A stretch of 64,000 nucleotides of DNA, taken from Armatimonadota bacterium (lineage in GTDB: Bacteria; Armatimonadota; SYMT01). The stretch is taken from assembly GCA_041690135.1 (NCBI GenBank), contig JAWLHY010000003.1, positions 864,001-928,000 of the forward strand, written 5' to 3'. This document shows, in pieces, positions 10,098 through 19,303 of this stretch (its first letter is position 1; each line of letters starts with the position of its first letter). The position numbers were made by a program, and so were the translations under genes. A model generated the notes under the pieces. The model saw only the letters and a program-made list of their open reading frames with translations. It did not search any database and was not told the origin of the DNA.

Positions 10098-11099
10098 ATG
10101 CCTGTCTGGTTGATCTTCCTTCTCAGTGCCGCCGCCGTGATCCTCGCGGGCTCCCGTCTCAGCCGGGATGGGGACGTGCTGGCGGAGGTGACCGGTCTCG
10201 GCGGGGCCTGGGTCGGCGCGATCCTGGTGGCGGGTATCACCTCGCTGCCGGAGCTGGCTACCGATATCTACGCGGTCAACGACGGCGAGCACGGCCTGGC
10301 GGTGGGCGATCTCTTCGGGTCCTGCATGGCCAACTTGCTGATCCTCGCGGTGGCCGACCTTTCCACGCGCCAGGTCCGCGTGTTGACCCGGGTCGCCATC
10401 AACCAGGTCCTGGTGGGCCTGCTGGGCGTGGCGCTCCTGGCCCTGGCCGCGGCGGGGATTTTGGCGCACTTCGACTTTGCCGTGTTCGGCCTGGGATGGG
10501 CGACCCTGGCGATCGGCATTGCCTATGTGTTGGGAATGCGCCTGCTTCACGTGAACCGCGGCGAAGCGGCACCTTTCGAAGGTCACGCCGAGACGGCGGA
10601 TGGCCCAGACGCGGGGCGCCGGAACGCCTTACGCGGGGCGGCGATCGGCTTTGTGTTGGCGGCGCTCGTCATCCTGTTTGCGGCCCGCTACCTGGCCAGC
10701 TCCGCCGCCACGATCGCCCAGCAGTTGGGAATCTCCAGCGGCTTCGTGGGGATGGTGCTGCTGGCGGTGACCACCTCGCTGCCGGAAGTGACCGTCTCCA
10801 TCGCCGCCGTGCGGTCGGGCTCCTACGACCTGGCCGTGGGTAACCTGCTCGGCAGCAACTGCTTTAATATGGCCATCCTCTTCGTGCTGGACCTGGTGGA
10901 CGGTCCCGGACCGCTCCTCGCGCATGTGGGGCCAGGGCTGACCATCGGCGCGCTGTTCGCGATCCTGCTTTCGGTGCAGGCCCTGATGGGGGTGCTGAAC
11001 AAGTCGGAGAAGCGGATCTGGTTCCTGGAGCCGGACGCCGTATTCCTCGTGCTGACCTATGCCGCGGGCCTTTACCTGGTGTACCGCGTCGGACACTGA
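10098..11099 (+). CDS. Sodium:calcium antiporter (CaCA family)
   Basis: Two alpha repeats, ITSLPEL...GDLFGSCMAN and TTSLPEV...GNLLGSNCFN. Confidence 0.92.
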   Translation: MPVWLIFLLSAAAVILAGSRLSRDGDVLAEVTGLGGAWVGAILVAGITSLPELATDIYAVNDGEHGLAVGDLFGSCMANLLILAVADLSTRQVRVLTRVAINQVLVGLLGVALLALAAAGILAHFDFAVFGLGWATLAIGIAYVLGMRLLHVNRGEAAPFEGHAETADGPDAGRRNALRGAAIGFVLAALVILFAARYLASSAATIAQQLGISSGFVGMVLLAVTTSLPEVTVSIAAVRSGSYDLAVGNLLGSNCFNMAILFVLDLVDGPGPLLAHVGPGLTIGALFAILLSVQALMGVLNKSEKRIWFLEPDAVFLVLTYAAGLYLVYRVGH

Positions 11100-11216
11100 A
11101 CGTCTAAACGTTTACAGGAGTGGGGTGGTGGACCACGACAGCGTATTCAGAGGGAACACCTCGCCTTGGCTGCGGACTATTTGAGCTAACGTCGAAGGCT
11201 GCGAGAGGGTAGCGAC

Positions 11217-12425
11217 ATGAAACGAGTCTCGATCCTCGCATGGGGGCTGGTAGTGGGAGCCATTGGCTGCGCACCCCAGCCGGAGACGGTGGGGGAGCTG
11301 GTGCTGGCGGTGGAAGCGCCGCCGTCCGATCCCGCGCAGGCCGCCGTGGTGCTGGAAGGCGCTGGAGTCACGGCGGTGCGAAAGCACCTCGGTAAGGAGC
11401 CTTCCCGCGAGGAGGTGGACCGGGTCTTCTACCTGGCGGTGCGGCCCGCGGGATCGGCCTCTGCGGAGGCTACTCCTCCGGTGCCGGTGATGGCCCGGCT
11501 GGAGTGGAGCGAGGCGCGGGTGCGGCTCGTTCCCCAGGCCTCTCTCACGCCTGGCCTGCGCTATGAGGCCGTGTTCGACGGCCCGCGCCTTTCCCCCGCG
11601 TTGCCCCGCCTGGCGGAGTCCTACATCGTACCGGAAGAGACACGGCGCTCGGAAGGGAAGATTACGGTGCTCCACCCCAACCGCCGGGAGTTACCGGCGA
11701 ACCAGTTGAAGTTCTACGTCCACTTCAGCCGGCCCATGGCGGAGGGTCATGCATTTCGGCACGCGCGCCTCCTGGATGCCCGCGGAGAGCCGATCGACCA
11801 GGCGTTCCGGGAAGTGGAGCTGTGGGAGGACAACCACCAGCGGCTGACCCTCTGGATCAACCCCGGTCGCACCAAGCGGGCCCTGGGACTGAGTGAATCA
11901 CTGGGTCCGGTGCTGGAAGCCGGCCGCGAGTACACGCTGGAGATCCGGCCCGGCTTCCCGGACAGCCGGGGCCGGAAGCTTTCGGAGGGGCTGCGGCACT
12001 CCTTCCGGACGACCGCGCACGACCGCACACAGCCGCAGACCTCCTCCTGGCGCATCGCCGCGCCTTCCCACGGCACCCGCGATCCATTGGAGGTTACTTT
12101 CGGCGAGCCCATGGACCACGCTCTGGCCGAGCGGGGCATCCGTGTTCTGGGGCCGGGGGATGTGGAAGTGCCGGGTACGCCGTACGTCTCTGAGGATGGC
12201 CTGCGCTGGACATTCGAGCCTGCCGGAGACTGGGCCGAGGGGGAGCACGTCCTCGTGGCTGCGGGGGAGATCGAGGACCTCGCCGGTAACAGCCTCTACC
12301 GGCCGTTCGAGACGGTGGCGGGAAAGGGCCCCCGACCGACTCCCACCCCGCCGGAGTTCCGATTGCCGTTCACTATCAGTGGAACGAAGGGGTCTTCACC
12401 ACGGAGTCACAGAGACCCGGAGTAG
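11217..12425 (+). CDS. Lipoprotein with Ig-like domains
   Basis: Lipobox AIGC; LPANQLKFYVHFSRPM, PLEVTFGEPMDHAL, EDLAGNSL. Confidence 0.8.
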   Translation: MKRVSILAWGLVVGAIGCAPQPETVGELVLAVEAPPSDPAQAAVVLEGAGVTAVRKHLGKEPSREEVDRVFYLAVRPAGSASAEATPPVPVMARLEWSEARVRLVPQASLTPGLRYEAVFDGPRLSPALPRLAESYIVPEETRRSEGKITVLHPNRRELPANQLKFYVHFSRPMAEGHAFRHARLLDARGEPIDQAFREVELWEDNHQRLTLWINPGRTKRALGLSESLGPVLEAGREYTLEIRPGFPDSRGRKLSEGLRHSFRTTAHDRTQPQTSSWRIAAPSHGTRDPLEVTFGEPMDHALAERGIRVLGPGDVEVPGTPYVSEDGLRWTFEPAGDWAEGEHVLVAAGEIEDLAGNSLYRPFETVAGKGPRPTPTPPEFRLPFTISGTKGSSPRSHRDPE

Positions 12426-12706
12426 ACCACGGGGGAGGGCGATAAGGATCAAGATCAGGATAAGGATAAAGAATCCGGCTTCAGGACGGGTGCCCTGACC
12501 AGGGGGCGAGTGGATTAGGACTCGGAAGAGGATTAGGAGTTCCGCCGCAGGACGAGTTCCCTGACCAGGGGGCGGGATGGATTAGGACTACGATTAGGAA
12601 AAAGAGTCCCGGGTAAGGACGATTTCCCTGACCAGGGGGCGAGTGGATTAGGACCAGGATAAGGATTTGGGTAAGGTCGACTTCCCCGACCAGGGGGATG
12701 GCCACG
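12396..12706. repeat. Composite intergenic repeat: CACCACGGAG motif, GATAAG/GATTAG hexamers and four CCCTGACCAGGGGG units
   Basis: CCCTGACCAGGGGGCGAGTGGATTAGGAC-like units at 12493, 12559, 12626 and a partial one at 12685; related motifs occur inverted at 62.65-63.0 kb. Confidence 0.8.
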
Positions 12707-12814
12707 TCGCTTACCGGTTCTGGTACGCGTGGCTGGCCGCTTCGACGCCATACTCATCCGCTTCGGGGAAGTTGCTGCGGATCTATCGCTCCTCGCCATG
12801 ACGATCATGGTCAC

Positions 12815-12860
12815 TGCCTGAATGCCTGACCGCCTGAATGCCTAATGCCCAATGCCCACC
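12815..12860. repeat. Short tandem repeats (TGCCTGAA / TGCCCAA type)
   Basis: tgcctgaatgcctgaccgcctgaatgcctaatgcccaatgccc. Confidence 0.7.
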
Positions 12861-13296
12861 GCCCAACTCCCCTGGGAACCTGCCAGCCTGCTCCTGGGTC
12901 TAAGCAGGTAAGGGATTTCCCAGGGAGAGACGGTCGCACCCCCGAGCCTCCTAGCAAGCTTGCGGGTAAATGGGGGGTTTGATGTCGGTAGCCCTTTAGG
13001 AAATACCAAACGACAACCGATAACAGAATCAAGAGGAAAGAGGGAGGAGATTGCTCCTTTACTCACCTTGGTGATAAGGTCCGGGGTTGGTCTTCCGCCG
13101 CGCGCGAGGCCGGCGGGAATTTTCGGAGAACTGTTCGTTGTCATCACGGCGGAGCGGCGCCGGTGGCGGAGTCTCCCCACCGGTCCGCGCTTCCACCGGA
13201 TAAGGACATCTACAACACGGTCCACTACAACGGCTCTCCAGCCTGCCCCGGAGACCGGAGTGGGGAGCGTCGCTCCCCTAGAGAGGGCCTTGTACG

Positions 13297-13851
13297 ATGC
13301 CGGCACGGATATCCAACGACCACCCGATCCGCGAGTTGTTCAGTAGCCTGGTCCAGCGGACCTTCTACCGCCAGGTCGGCCTTTCCGAGCCTGCGCTCAC
13401 CCGCTATGTCGCGGACATGCTGGTCGATTTCACGCACCAGGACCAGGTGTACCGCATCCGGGATTCCCGTGGCCGCCGCCTGGAAGAGGTTGCGGAGATG
13501 ATGCTGGAGGGCGACGTCGCGTTGAACGCCACGTCCTTCGACCGGGAGCGGGAGGTCCATAAGCACATCGGGGACTTTACCCTGTTCTGGACGGGGGTGT
13601 ACCCGGAGATGCTGCGCCACTTCCGCGCCGCGACCCGTTCCGACCACCTGATCGACTACGTTTCCCAGGGCCGCAAGTCGTACCAGATCGCCTCGACCTT
13701 CGAGTACGGGCAGTACGCGGAAGAGGCGCCGGTGCTGCGGCGCCTCTCCGACCAGTTCGAGGTCTGCATGTATGGCCTGCACCTGGTCCGGAAGGAGTTG
13801 GAGACCTACGGAAGCCCGGAGATGCAGACGGTACGCCGGTTGCTCGATTAA
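13297..13851 (+). CDS. Conserved hypothetical protein
   Basis: YVADMLVDF, REREVHKHIGDFTLFWTGVYPE, GRKSYQIAS; coding-like GC3 bias. Confidence 0.85.
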   Translation: MPARISNDHPIRELFSSLVQRTFYRQVGLSEPALTRYVADMLVDFTHQDQVYRIRDSRGRRLEEVAEMMLEGDVALNATSFDREREVHKHIGDFTLFWTGVYPEMLRHFRAATRSDHLIDYVSQGRKSYQIASTFEYGQYAEEAPVLRRLSDQFEVCMYGLHLVRKELETYGSPEMQTVRRLLD

Positions 13852-14615
13852 TTGACGCCGATCTGCTTCTCCCGGTACTTTTCGTCCGGCCGGGTGAAGA
13901 TGCGGTCCACGTTGGCCTGCGTGAGGAAGTTCGGCCCGCCCAGCATCACGGTGCCCATCAGGATGCGGGCCGTCTTCACGTACATCGCGGTGGCGGTTTC
14001 GACTTCGGTTGAGCTCTTGCCGAGGGCGATGAGGCCGTGGTTCTGCATCAGGATAATGCGCGGGACGAGGTTGTGCTCCTGCATGTAGGCTTCCACGCGC
14101 GCCTTGATCTCCCGGGCCAGCGGCTGACCGGGATCGACGTAAGGCACGAAGACCGGCGCCGGGCCGCAGCAAACGATCTCGTCCGGAAAGAGGCGGCCGG
14201 AGACAGCCTCCTCCGCCATCCGCGAGCAGAGGACGGCGTTCACGGCGGTGGGGTGCGTGTGTCCGACCACGTTGATGCCGGGCAGGCTGAGCAGGTAGGC
14301 GTGGAACAGCGTCTCCACGGACGGACGCGTGGGCTGGAGCGGGTTGACACGGGCCTTCATCAACCCGTCCTTGATTTCGTCGTCGGTGAGCGACTCGCGG
14401 TCCAGCATCTCCAGGCAGGGAGCGCGGCGCACGCGGACGAAGCCGGTTTCGGTGATGTCCAGCAGGGAGAGGCCGGAGGCCTTTACGTAGAAGGTGGCGC
14501 CATCGACCCCGGTGCTGGTGTTCCCTTCACCCAGGATGACGTAGTCGTTGGCCGGGTCGGCCAGCCGGCGGCTCATGGCGACCACTTCGCGGAGGATCTC
14601 GTGAACGGTAGGCAT
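13848..14615 (-). CDS. Class II aldolase/adducin family protein
   Basis: GEGNTS, VKASG, RPSVETLFHA, HTHP and MQNHGL metal-binding motifs. Confidence 0.92.
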   Translation of the reverse strand: MPTVHEILREVVAMSRRLADPANDYVILGEGNTSTGVDGATFYVKASGLSLLDITETGFVRVRRAPCLEMLDRESLTDDEIKDGLMKARVNPLQPTRPSVETLFHAYLLSLPGINVVGHTHPTAVNAVLCSRMAEEAVSGRLFPDEIVCCGPAPVFVPYVDPGQPLAREIKARVEAYMQEHNLVPRIILMQNHGLIALGKSSTEVETATAMYVKTARILMGTVMLGGPNFLTQANVDRIFTRPDEKYREKQIGVN

Positions 14616-14722
14616 GGTGGACCTGATTGGTAGGGCAGGGCGGAAAGCCGTGACCGGAAAGCGGTATCGCGGAAGCGATAAAAGGAAGAGCGGGCAATAT
14701 CGAGTCTATCATAGGGGATACG

Positions 14723-15049
14723 ATGCCGTTCTTCGACCTGTCACAGCAACCGACCCGGGAGCTTTTCCCCGGCGTGACGCTCACCACCGCCTGGGGTGAC
14801 CGCATTATGATGTCGTTCGTCCACTTCCAGCACGCCGGCGCGGAAGTACCCACCCATCAACACCCCCACGAGCAGATGGGGATGGGCCTGGAAGGCGAGT
14901 TCGAGTTGATCATCGACGGCGAGAGCCGGATCATCCGCAAGGGGGATAGCTACTGCATTCCCGGCGGCACCCCGCACAGCGCCCGGAGCGTGAACGGTCC
15001 CGCCCGCGCCCTCGATATCTTCAGTCCCCCGCGCGAAGATTACATGTAA
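14723..15049 (+). CDS. Cupin domain protein
   Basis: HQHPHEQ...IPGGTPHS...DIFSPPREDY. Confidence 0.92.
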   Translation: MPFFDLSQQPTRELFPGVTLTTAWGDRIMMSFVHFQHAGAEVPTHQHPHEQMGMGLEGEFELIIDGESRIIRKGDSYCIPGGTPHSARSVNGPARALDIFSPPREDYM

Positions 15050-15272
15050 AGGTCAGGGCTCGCCGGCGGGGCCGGATGTCGTAGCCGTCGATGCCGGCCG
15101 TGCCGGAGGTGGGGTCCAGCAGGGTGGCGAGCATCCGCATCAGCGTCGTCTTGCCCGCCCCGTTTGGCCCCAGCAGTCCCAGCAGCCCGGAGTCGAGTTG
15201 CAGCGTCACCCCATCGACCGCCACGGCCTTGCCTTCGTAGATCTTGGTCAGCCCCTCGATGCGAACGCCCAT
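15021..15272 (-). pseudogene. Truncated ABC transporter ATP-binding gene (N-terminus only)
   Basis: Walker A GPNGAGKTT present; similarity ends after GIDGYDIR, with no signature motif or Walker B. Confidence 0.8.
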
Positions 15273-15647
15273 GGTTTCCTGTCCCTCCGCACGGTCCGTA
15301 TCGGAGTAACAGTCGTTCGGGAGCGGGAAGGGGTTACGCGTCTTCAGAGAGTGCCCTGATAGCGGTCCGAAAGCATTGCCTCGGTCCGGCTGCCGGCCTC
15401 CCTCCCCGACGACCGGCGAGCCCGCACCCGAGTCGAGGTGCTCCCGACTCCGTAGGGCTATCGTCGTTCGCAGCAGGCGCGATCCCGGGCAGGACGGGTG
15501 GTTACCTCGCTGGCGGTGGAGCCCTTACGGACGCCGGCCGCCGGACGTGTTCGCGCGGGCTCGGGTTAACGTGACCTTTCGGCCCGGGAACCGTTGAAAA
15601 CCCGGACGGCGTTCCGTGTCGCCATCCGGATTTCAGTGGGGAATGGG

Positions 15648-15986
15648 ATGGAAGACACGCTTCTGATCTTCCTGTTCGGGGTCGCGGTGGTGATCTGGTG
15701 GGCCTTGGGTCCCGAGGGAAAGGTGCACTGGCTGTACGGCGCCGTACTGGGGCTAACCGGGCTGCAAGTCGTCTTTCGGGGTTGGACCAGCGAATACGGG
15801 GAGGACTTCCCACCCCACCCGTTCGGGTGGATCATCGTAGCTCTGGGTATCATCATGGCCTTCTGGGGCGAGCACGCGGCACAGCAGGATCGGGAACGCA
15901 CCATCCTGATGGACGGCGCCGCTCCCGCTCCTCCGCCGCGTCCCCGCCGTCCCCGGCGAGCACCCCGGTCCCGCCGGCGTAAGTAG
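15648..15986 (+). CDS. Small membrane protein
   Basis: Three hydrophobic segments and a basic tail. Confidence 0.65.
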   Translation: MEDTLLIFLFGVAVVIWWALGPEGKVHWLYGAVLGLTGLQVVFRGWTSEYGEDFPPHPFGWIIVALGIIMAFWGEHAAQQDRERTILMDGAAPAPPPRPRRPRRAPRSRRRK

Positions 15987-16080
15987 AGCCACTGAACCCT
16001 ACCCCTTTTCGATTGTCAGGTCCTGTTATACTCGGGGTAGTGGAATACCAGGCAGTATCTTCCGGATGAGGAGAGAAGTG

Positions 16081-16632
16081 ATGCTCACCCGGTCCAAAGC
16101 AACGATTGAAGATCTCTGCAACCTTCCCGACAACCGGAAGGCCGAACTGGTCAACGGAAAGCTCGTTTTCATCTTGCCGACGGGGGACGCACCCGGCTAT
16201 GCCGCCGATGAGATCTTCGTCTCGCTGCGGGATTATGCGAAGCGGACCGGGAGAGGGCGTGCGGTGGCGGACAACAAGGGGTTCCGCGTGCATCTGCCGC
16301 ACCGGGAGTCCTTCAGTCCGGATGCAGCTTACTACCTGGGCCCCCGGACCGGCATGCGGTTCTTCGAAGGGGCTCCCATCTTCGCGGTCGAGGCGCGCAG
16401 CGAAAACGACTACGGCCCCCAGGCCGAGTACGACCTGGCCCAGAAGCGAGCGGACTACTTCGCAGCGGGGACGCAGGTGGTCTGGGACGTTGATCTTCTG
16501 AGCGAGGACGTAGTCCGGGTTTATCGGGCAAGTGACCCCACCCGAGCGGTCATCTATCGGCGGGGTGACCTGGCGGAAGCGGAACCTGCCGTTCCCGGGT
16601 GGACCATGCCGGTAGATGATCTATTTGAATGA
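16081..16632 (+). CDS. Uma2 family (PD-(D/E)XK) endonuclease
   Basis: AELVNGKL, FSPDAAY, FAVEARSEND, KRADYFAAGTQVVWDVD, PAVPGW. Confidence 0.92.
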   Translation: MLTRSKATIEDLCNLPDNRKAELVNGKLVFILPTGDAPGYAADEIFVSLRDYAKRTGRGRAVADNKGFRVHLPHRESFSPDAAYYLGPRTGMRFFEGAPIFAVEARSENDYGPQAEYDLAQKRADYFAAGTQVVWDVDLLSEDVVRVYRASDPTRAVIYRRGDLAEAEPAVPGWTMPVDDLFE

Positions 16633-16664
16633 CCCACGTAGAGTGGTCCAGGACGATTGGTGGG

Positions 16665-17123
16665 ATGAGCGCTACCCGAATTCAGTGCTTACTCGACGCG
16701 CCCCGTGACAAGGTCTACAACGCTTTGATCGACGCGAATGCCATCCCGCGGTGGAGGGTGCCGGAGGGGATGCGCTGCCACGTCCACACGTTCGAGGCGT
16801 GGGAAGGGGGCGCCTTCCGGGTCTCCCTGACCTATGACGCACCGACCGGTACGGGCAAAACGACCGCGCACACCGACACGTACCACGGCCGCTTCGTGGA
16901 GTTGGTGCCGAACGAACGGGTGGTGGAAGTGGTGGAGTTCGAGACGGACGATCCGGCGCTTCAGGGCGAAATGACCATTACCACCACGCTTGCGGATGCG
17001 GACGGCGGCACCGACCTAACCGCCGTGCATGAGGGACTGCCGCCCGGCGTGTCACCCGCGGACAACGAGTTGGGCTGGAAAATGTCGCTCGCGAAGCTGG
17101 CGGTGCTCGTAGAGGAAGGCTAA
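16665..17123 (+). CDS. SRPBCC (AHSA1-like) domain protein
   Basis: APRDKVYNAL, GRFVELVPNERVV, GWKMSLAKL. Confidence 0.9.
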   Translation: MSATRIQCLLDAPRDKVYNALIDANAIPRWRVPEGMRCHVHTFEAWEGGAFRVSLTYDAPTGTGKTTAHTDTYHGRFVELVPNERVVEVVEFETDDPALQGEMTITTTLADADGGTDLTAVHEGLPPGVSPADNELGWKMSLAKLAVLVEEG

Positions 17124-17181
17124 AGGATTGCCGAAATGACCGTTGCGGCTGGGCGAGTGAACTCGCGCCTACAAAGGGCGA

Positions 17182-17218
17182 AGCCGACACCCCCTCGGGG
17201 CGTAAACCTCCGTCGGCT
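17182..17218. repeat. REP-like hairpin interrupted by a 19-nt palindromic micro-insertion
   Basis: AGCCGAC[ACCCCCTCGGGGCGTAAAC]CTCCGTCGGCT; removing the bracketed 19 nt gives a perfect 7-bp hairpin. Confidence 0.75.
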
Positions 17219-17346
17219 AGACACACTCGAGCGGTTATTCGTTGACAGATCCTAAGGGGCAGCCACGCACACACCAATTGTTTTGCGTCGCACACCCGGT
17301 AGGATCGTGCTACCCTTGGGAAGGCAGGCACCCGTTGGAGGGCGAT

Positions 17347-17526
17347 GTGCGTTTGATCATTGAGATCGATCAAGAAGAAGACGGGCGCTTCATTGCCGAG
17401 GTGGTCGACTTACCTGGCGTAGTTGCTTATGGCGAAACCAACGACGAAGCTCTCGCTCTCGTCCAGGCTCTCGCCCTCCGCGTGCTGGCAGAGCGGGTGG
17501 AAAACGGCGAGCCGCTTCCCCTCTGA
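17347..17526 (+). CDS. hicB: HicB-like antitoxin (short form)
   Basis: IEIDQEEDGRFIAEVVDLPGVVAYGETNDEAL; GGAGG upstream of the GTG start. Confidence 0.85.
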   Translation: MRLIIEIDQEEDGRFIAEVVDLPGVVAYGETNDEALALVQALALRVLAERVENGEPLPL

Positions 17527-17647
17527 CACCCGACGACCTCTGATTCCTCGTGAGACCTGGTAATCGCAACCCCTGACGCCACGACCGCCGACTACCATAT
17601 TGCTCCCGCAGATCGTCCGGGTCTGGCGAGCTACTGGGAGTTGGGAC

Positions 17648-18148
17648 ATGGAGGATTTCTTGCTTCCCGAAAGACGTGCGGAATTGTTGGCACGGCGCGC
17701 CGAACTGCAGGAACGGTTATGTCAGGAGGAGGCGGCTGCGAGCCTTCGGCGGAGTACTGCGCCGTTGGACGAAGCAGGTGTCGAATACGCGCTGACGGAC
17801 GAGGCGTCTGCCATATCCTGGATCCGTCACCACATCCCCATTACCACCTGGAACTGCGTCGACTGGGCAAAGGTTGATGGACATCAGTACGTTCGGGAGG
17901 ATGAAGTCCCGTCGGCAGCCGCGTGGTTGGAATCCATTGCCCACGAGATCGGGATAGAGGACCCGGAGATCATCGTCGTGTATGCGGCTGCCCACCGCCC
18001 GTGCCTGCGGATGCGGTTCGGCGAACTCGTCAGGCACGTGGAGCAAGTGATCGATTGGTCCTGGGACAACTGGATCTTCGACGAGAACGGCGACTGGCTC
18101 ATTGAGTACTTTCATCACGGAAGGTGGTGCTGGGGACGGGGCCGATGA
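17648..18148 (+). CDS. Hypothetical protein, CDI immunity-like
   Basis: WNCVDWAKV...DNWIFDENGDWLIEYFHHG resembles CdiI-type immunity proteins (recalled similarity). Confidence 0.6.
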   Translation: MEDFLLPERRAELLARRAELQERLCQEEAAASLRRSTAPLDEAGVEYALTDEASAISWIRHHIPITTWNCVDWAKVDGHQYVREDEVPSAAAWLESIAHEIGIEDPEIIVVYAAAHRPCLRMRFGELVRHVEQVIDWSWDNWIFDENGDWLIEYFHHGRWCWGRGR

Positions 18149-18705
18149 CCGCGCGCGACTACCAGGACTTGCTGGAGTTCAGTGACTGCTGGCTGCGGCT
18201 GGGGGTGTTGACCGAGGAGCAACTGTTCTCTCTCGGCCGCGAGTTCACCCGGAGTGAACCTCAGCCCACGGAGCATTTCCGGTACTACGTCTTCCGCGAG
18301 TATCTGGCGTCCCACCGGCCACTGCGTTCCGCGATGGCCGAGGCACTCTACGAGCTATGGAAGCAGGACCCGGATGGGTCCATGGGGCGAGCGATGATGT
18401 ACGATATCGTCGAATTGCCGTAATGCCCGGAGACGGTGCGCGAGTGGGCCGCAGGCTCCGGCGAGAAGCCCCTGGTTCGGTTGGTGTGGCGCAAGCGACT
18501 TTTAGGGCAGGTGGAAGTGGACCTGACTGCAGAAGTGTTTGAAGCATGTCTTGCCAGCGAGGATACAGCCGTGCAGCGGGAGTTGTTGGCACGAGCGGAG
18601 CTTTCCCGTGAACAGTTGGAGCAACTGGCGCGGGTGGGGATTACCCGCGCCGTGCGCAATCTCGCAGCGGCACGTATTCGAGCATACCGCTACTCCGCCG
18701 GATAG
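18145..18705 (+). pseudogene. Hypothetical helical protein interrupted by an in-frame TAA (18421-18423)
   Basis: ORFs 18124-18423 and 18436-18705 share one frame with a single stop between them; the start overlaps the upstream stop (ATGA). Confidence 0.7.
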
Positions 18706-18714
18706 TTTCGGGTC

Positions 18715-19173
18715 GTGTGGATGAAGAAGATGAGCCTTAAGAAATTGCTGCCGGTCCTGGCGCTGACTGTACTGGTACCCCCTATCATCGCCCATTCCCC
18801 TCGCCCGGTCCTGGCGGCGCCGGCAGCGACGGAATCCCGGAGCGATGCGATCCTGGGCCGCGCCTTCAAGGAGCGGATCAGCAACTTCCAGGTGGAGGGC
18901 AGCGGCGAGGTGACGAAACTCCTTCCGGACGACCAGAAGGGCAGCCGACACCAGCGCTTTATCCTCCGCCTGCGCTCCGGTCAGACGCTCCTGATTGCGC
19001 ACAACATCGACATTGCCCCACGCGTGGCGCCGCTGAAGGAGCGGGACCAGGTTCAGTTCTTTGGGGAATACGAGTGGAACGACAAGGGTGGCGTGATCCA
19101 CTGGACCCACCGGGACCCGGCCGGCCGCCATGTCGCCGGTTGGCTGAAACACAAGGGCCGAACCTACCAGTAG
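18715..19173 (+). CDS. DUF3465 domain protein, secreted
   Basis: LLPDDQKGSRHQRFIL...AHNIDIAPRV...GEYEWNDKGGVIHWTHRDP; signal peptide. Confidence 0.92.
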   Translation: MWMKKMSLKKLLPVLALTVLVPPIIAHSPRPVLAAPAATESRSDAILGRAFKERISNFQVEGSGEVTKLLPDDQKGSRHQRFILRLRSGQTLLIAHNIDIAPRVAPLKERDQVQFFGEYEWNDKGGVIHWTHRDPAGRHVAGWLKHKGRTYQ

Positions 19174-19303
19174 CGGTGTAACGGGTTCCGGCTATCGGGT
19201 GCCGGGCAGCGCACCCGGTACCGAGCCGGCGAGCCCGCCTGGGGCTCCGGAAAACGTAACTTGGGCTCCAGTACCGCCGTCAAAAGAGGTGGAGGCCCAT
19301 CTC

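Noticed and set aside
12483-12700. CRISPR array
   Set aside because: The linkers are low-complexity and resemble the repeat itself (GATTAGGA), the units are degenerate and unevenly spaced, no cas genes are present, and the motif recurs singly at 62.6-62.9 kb.
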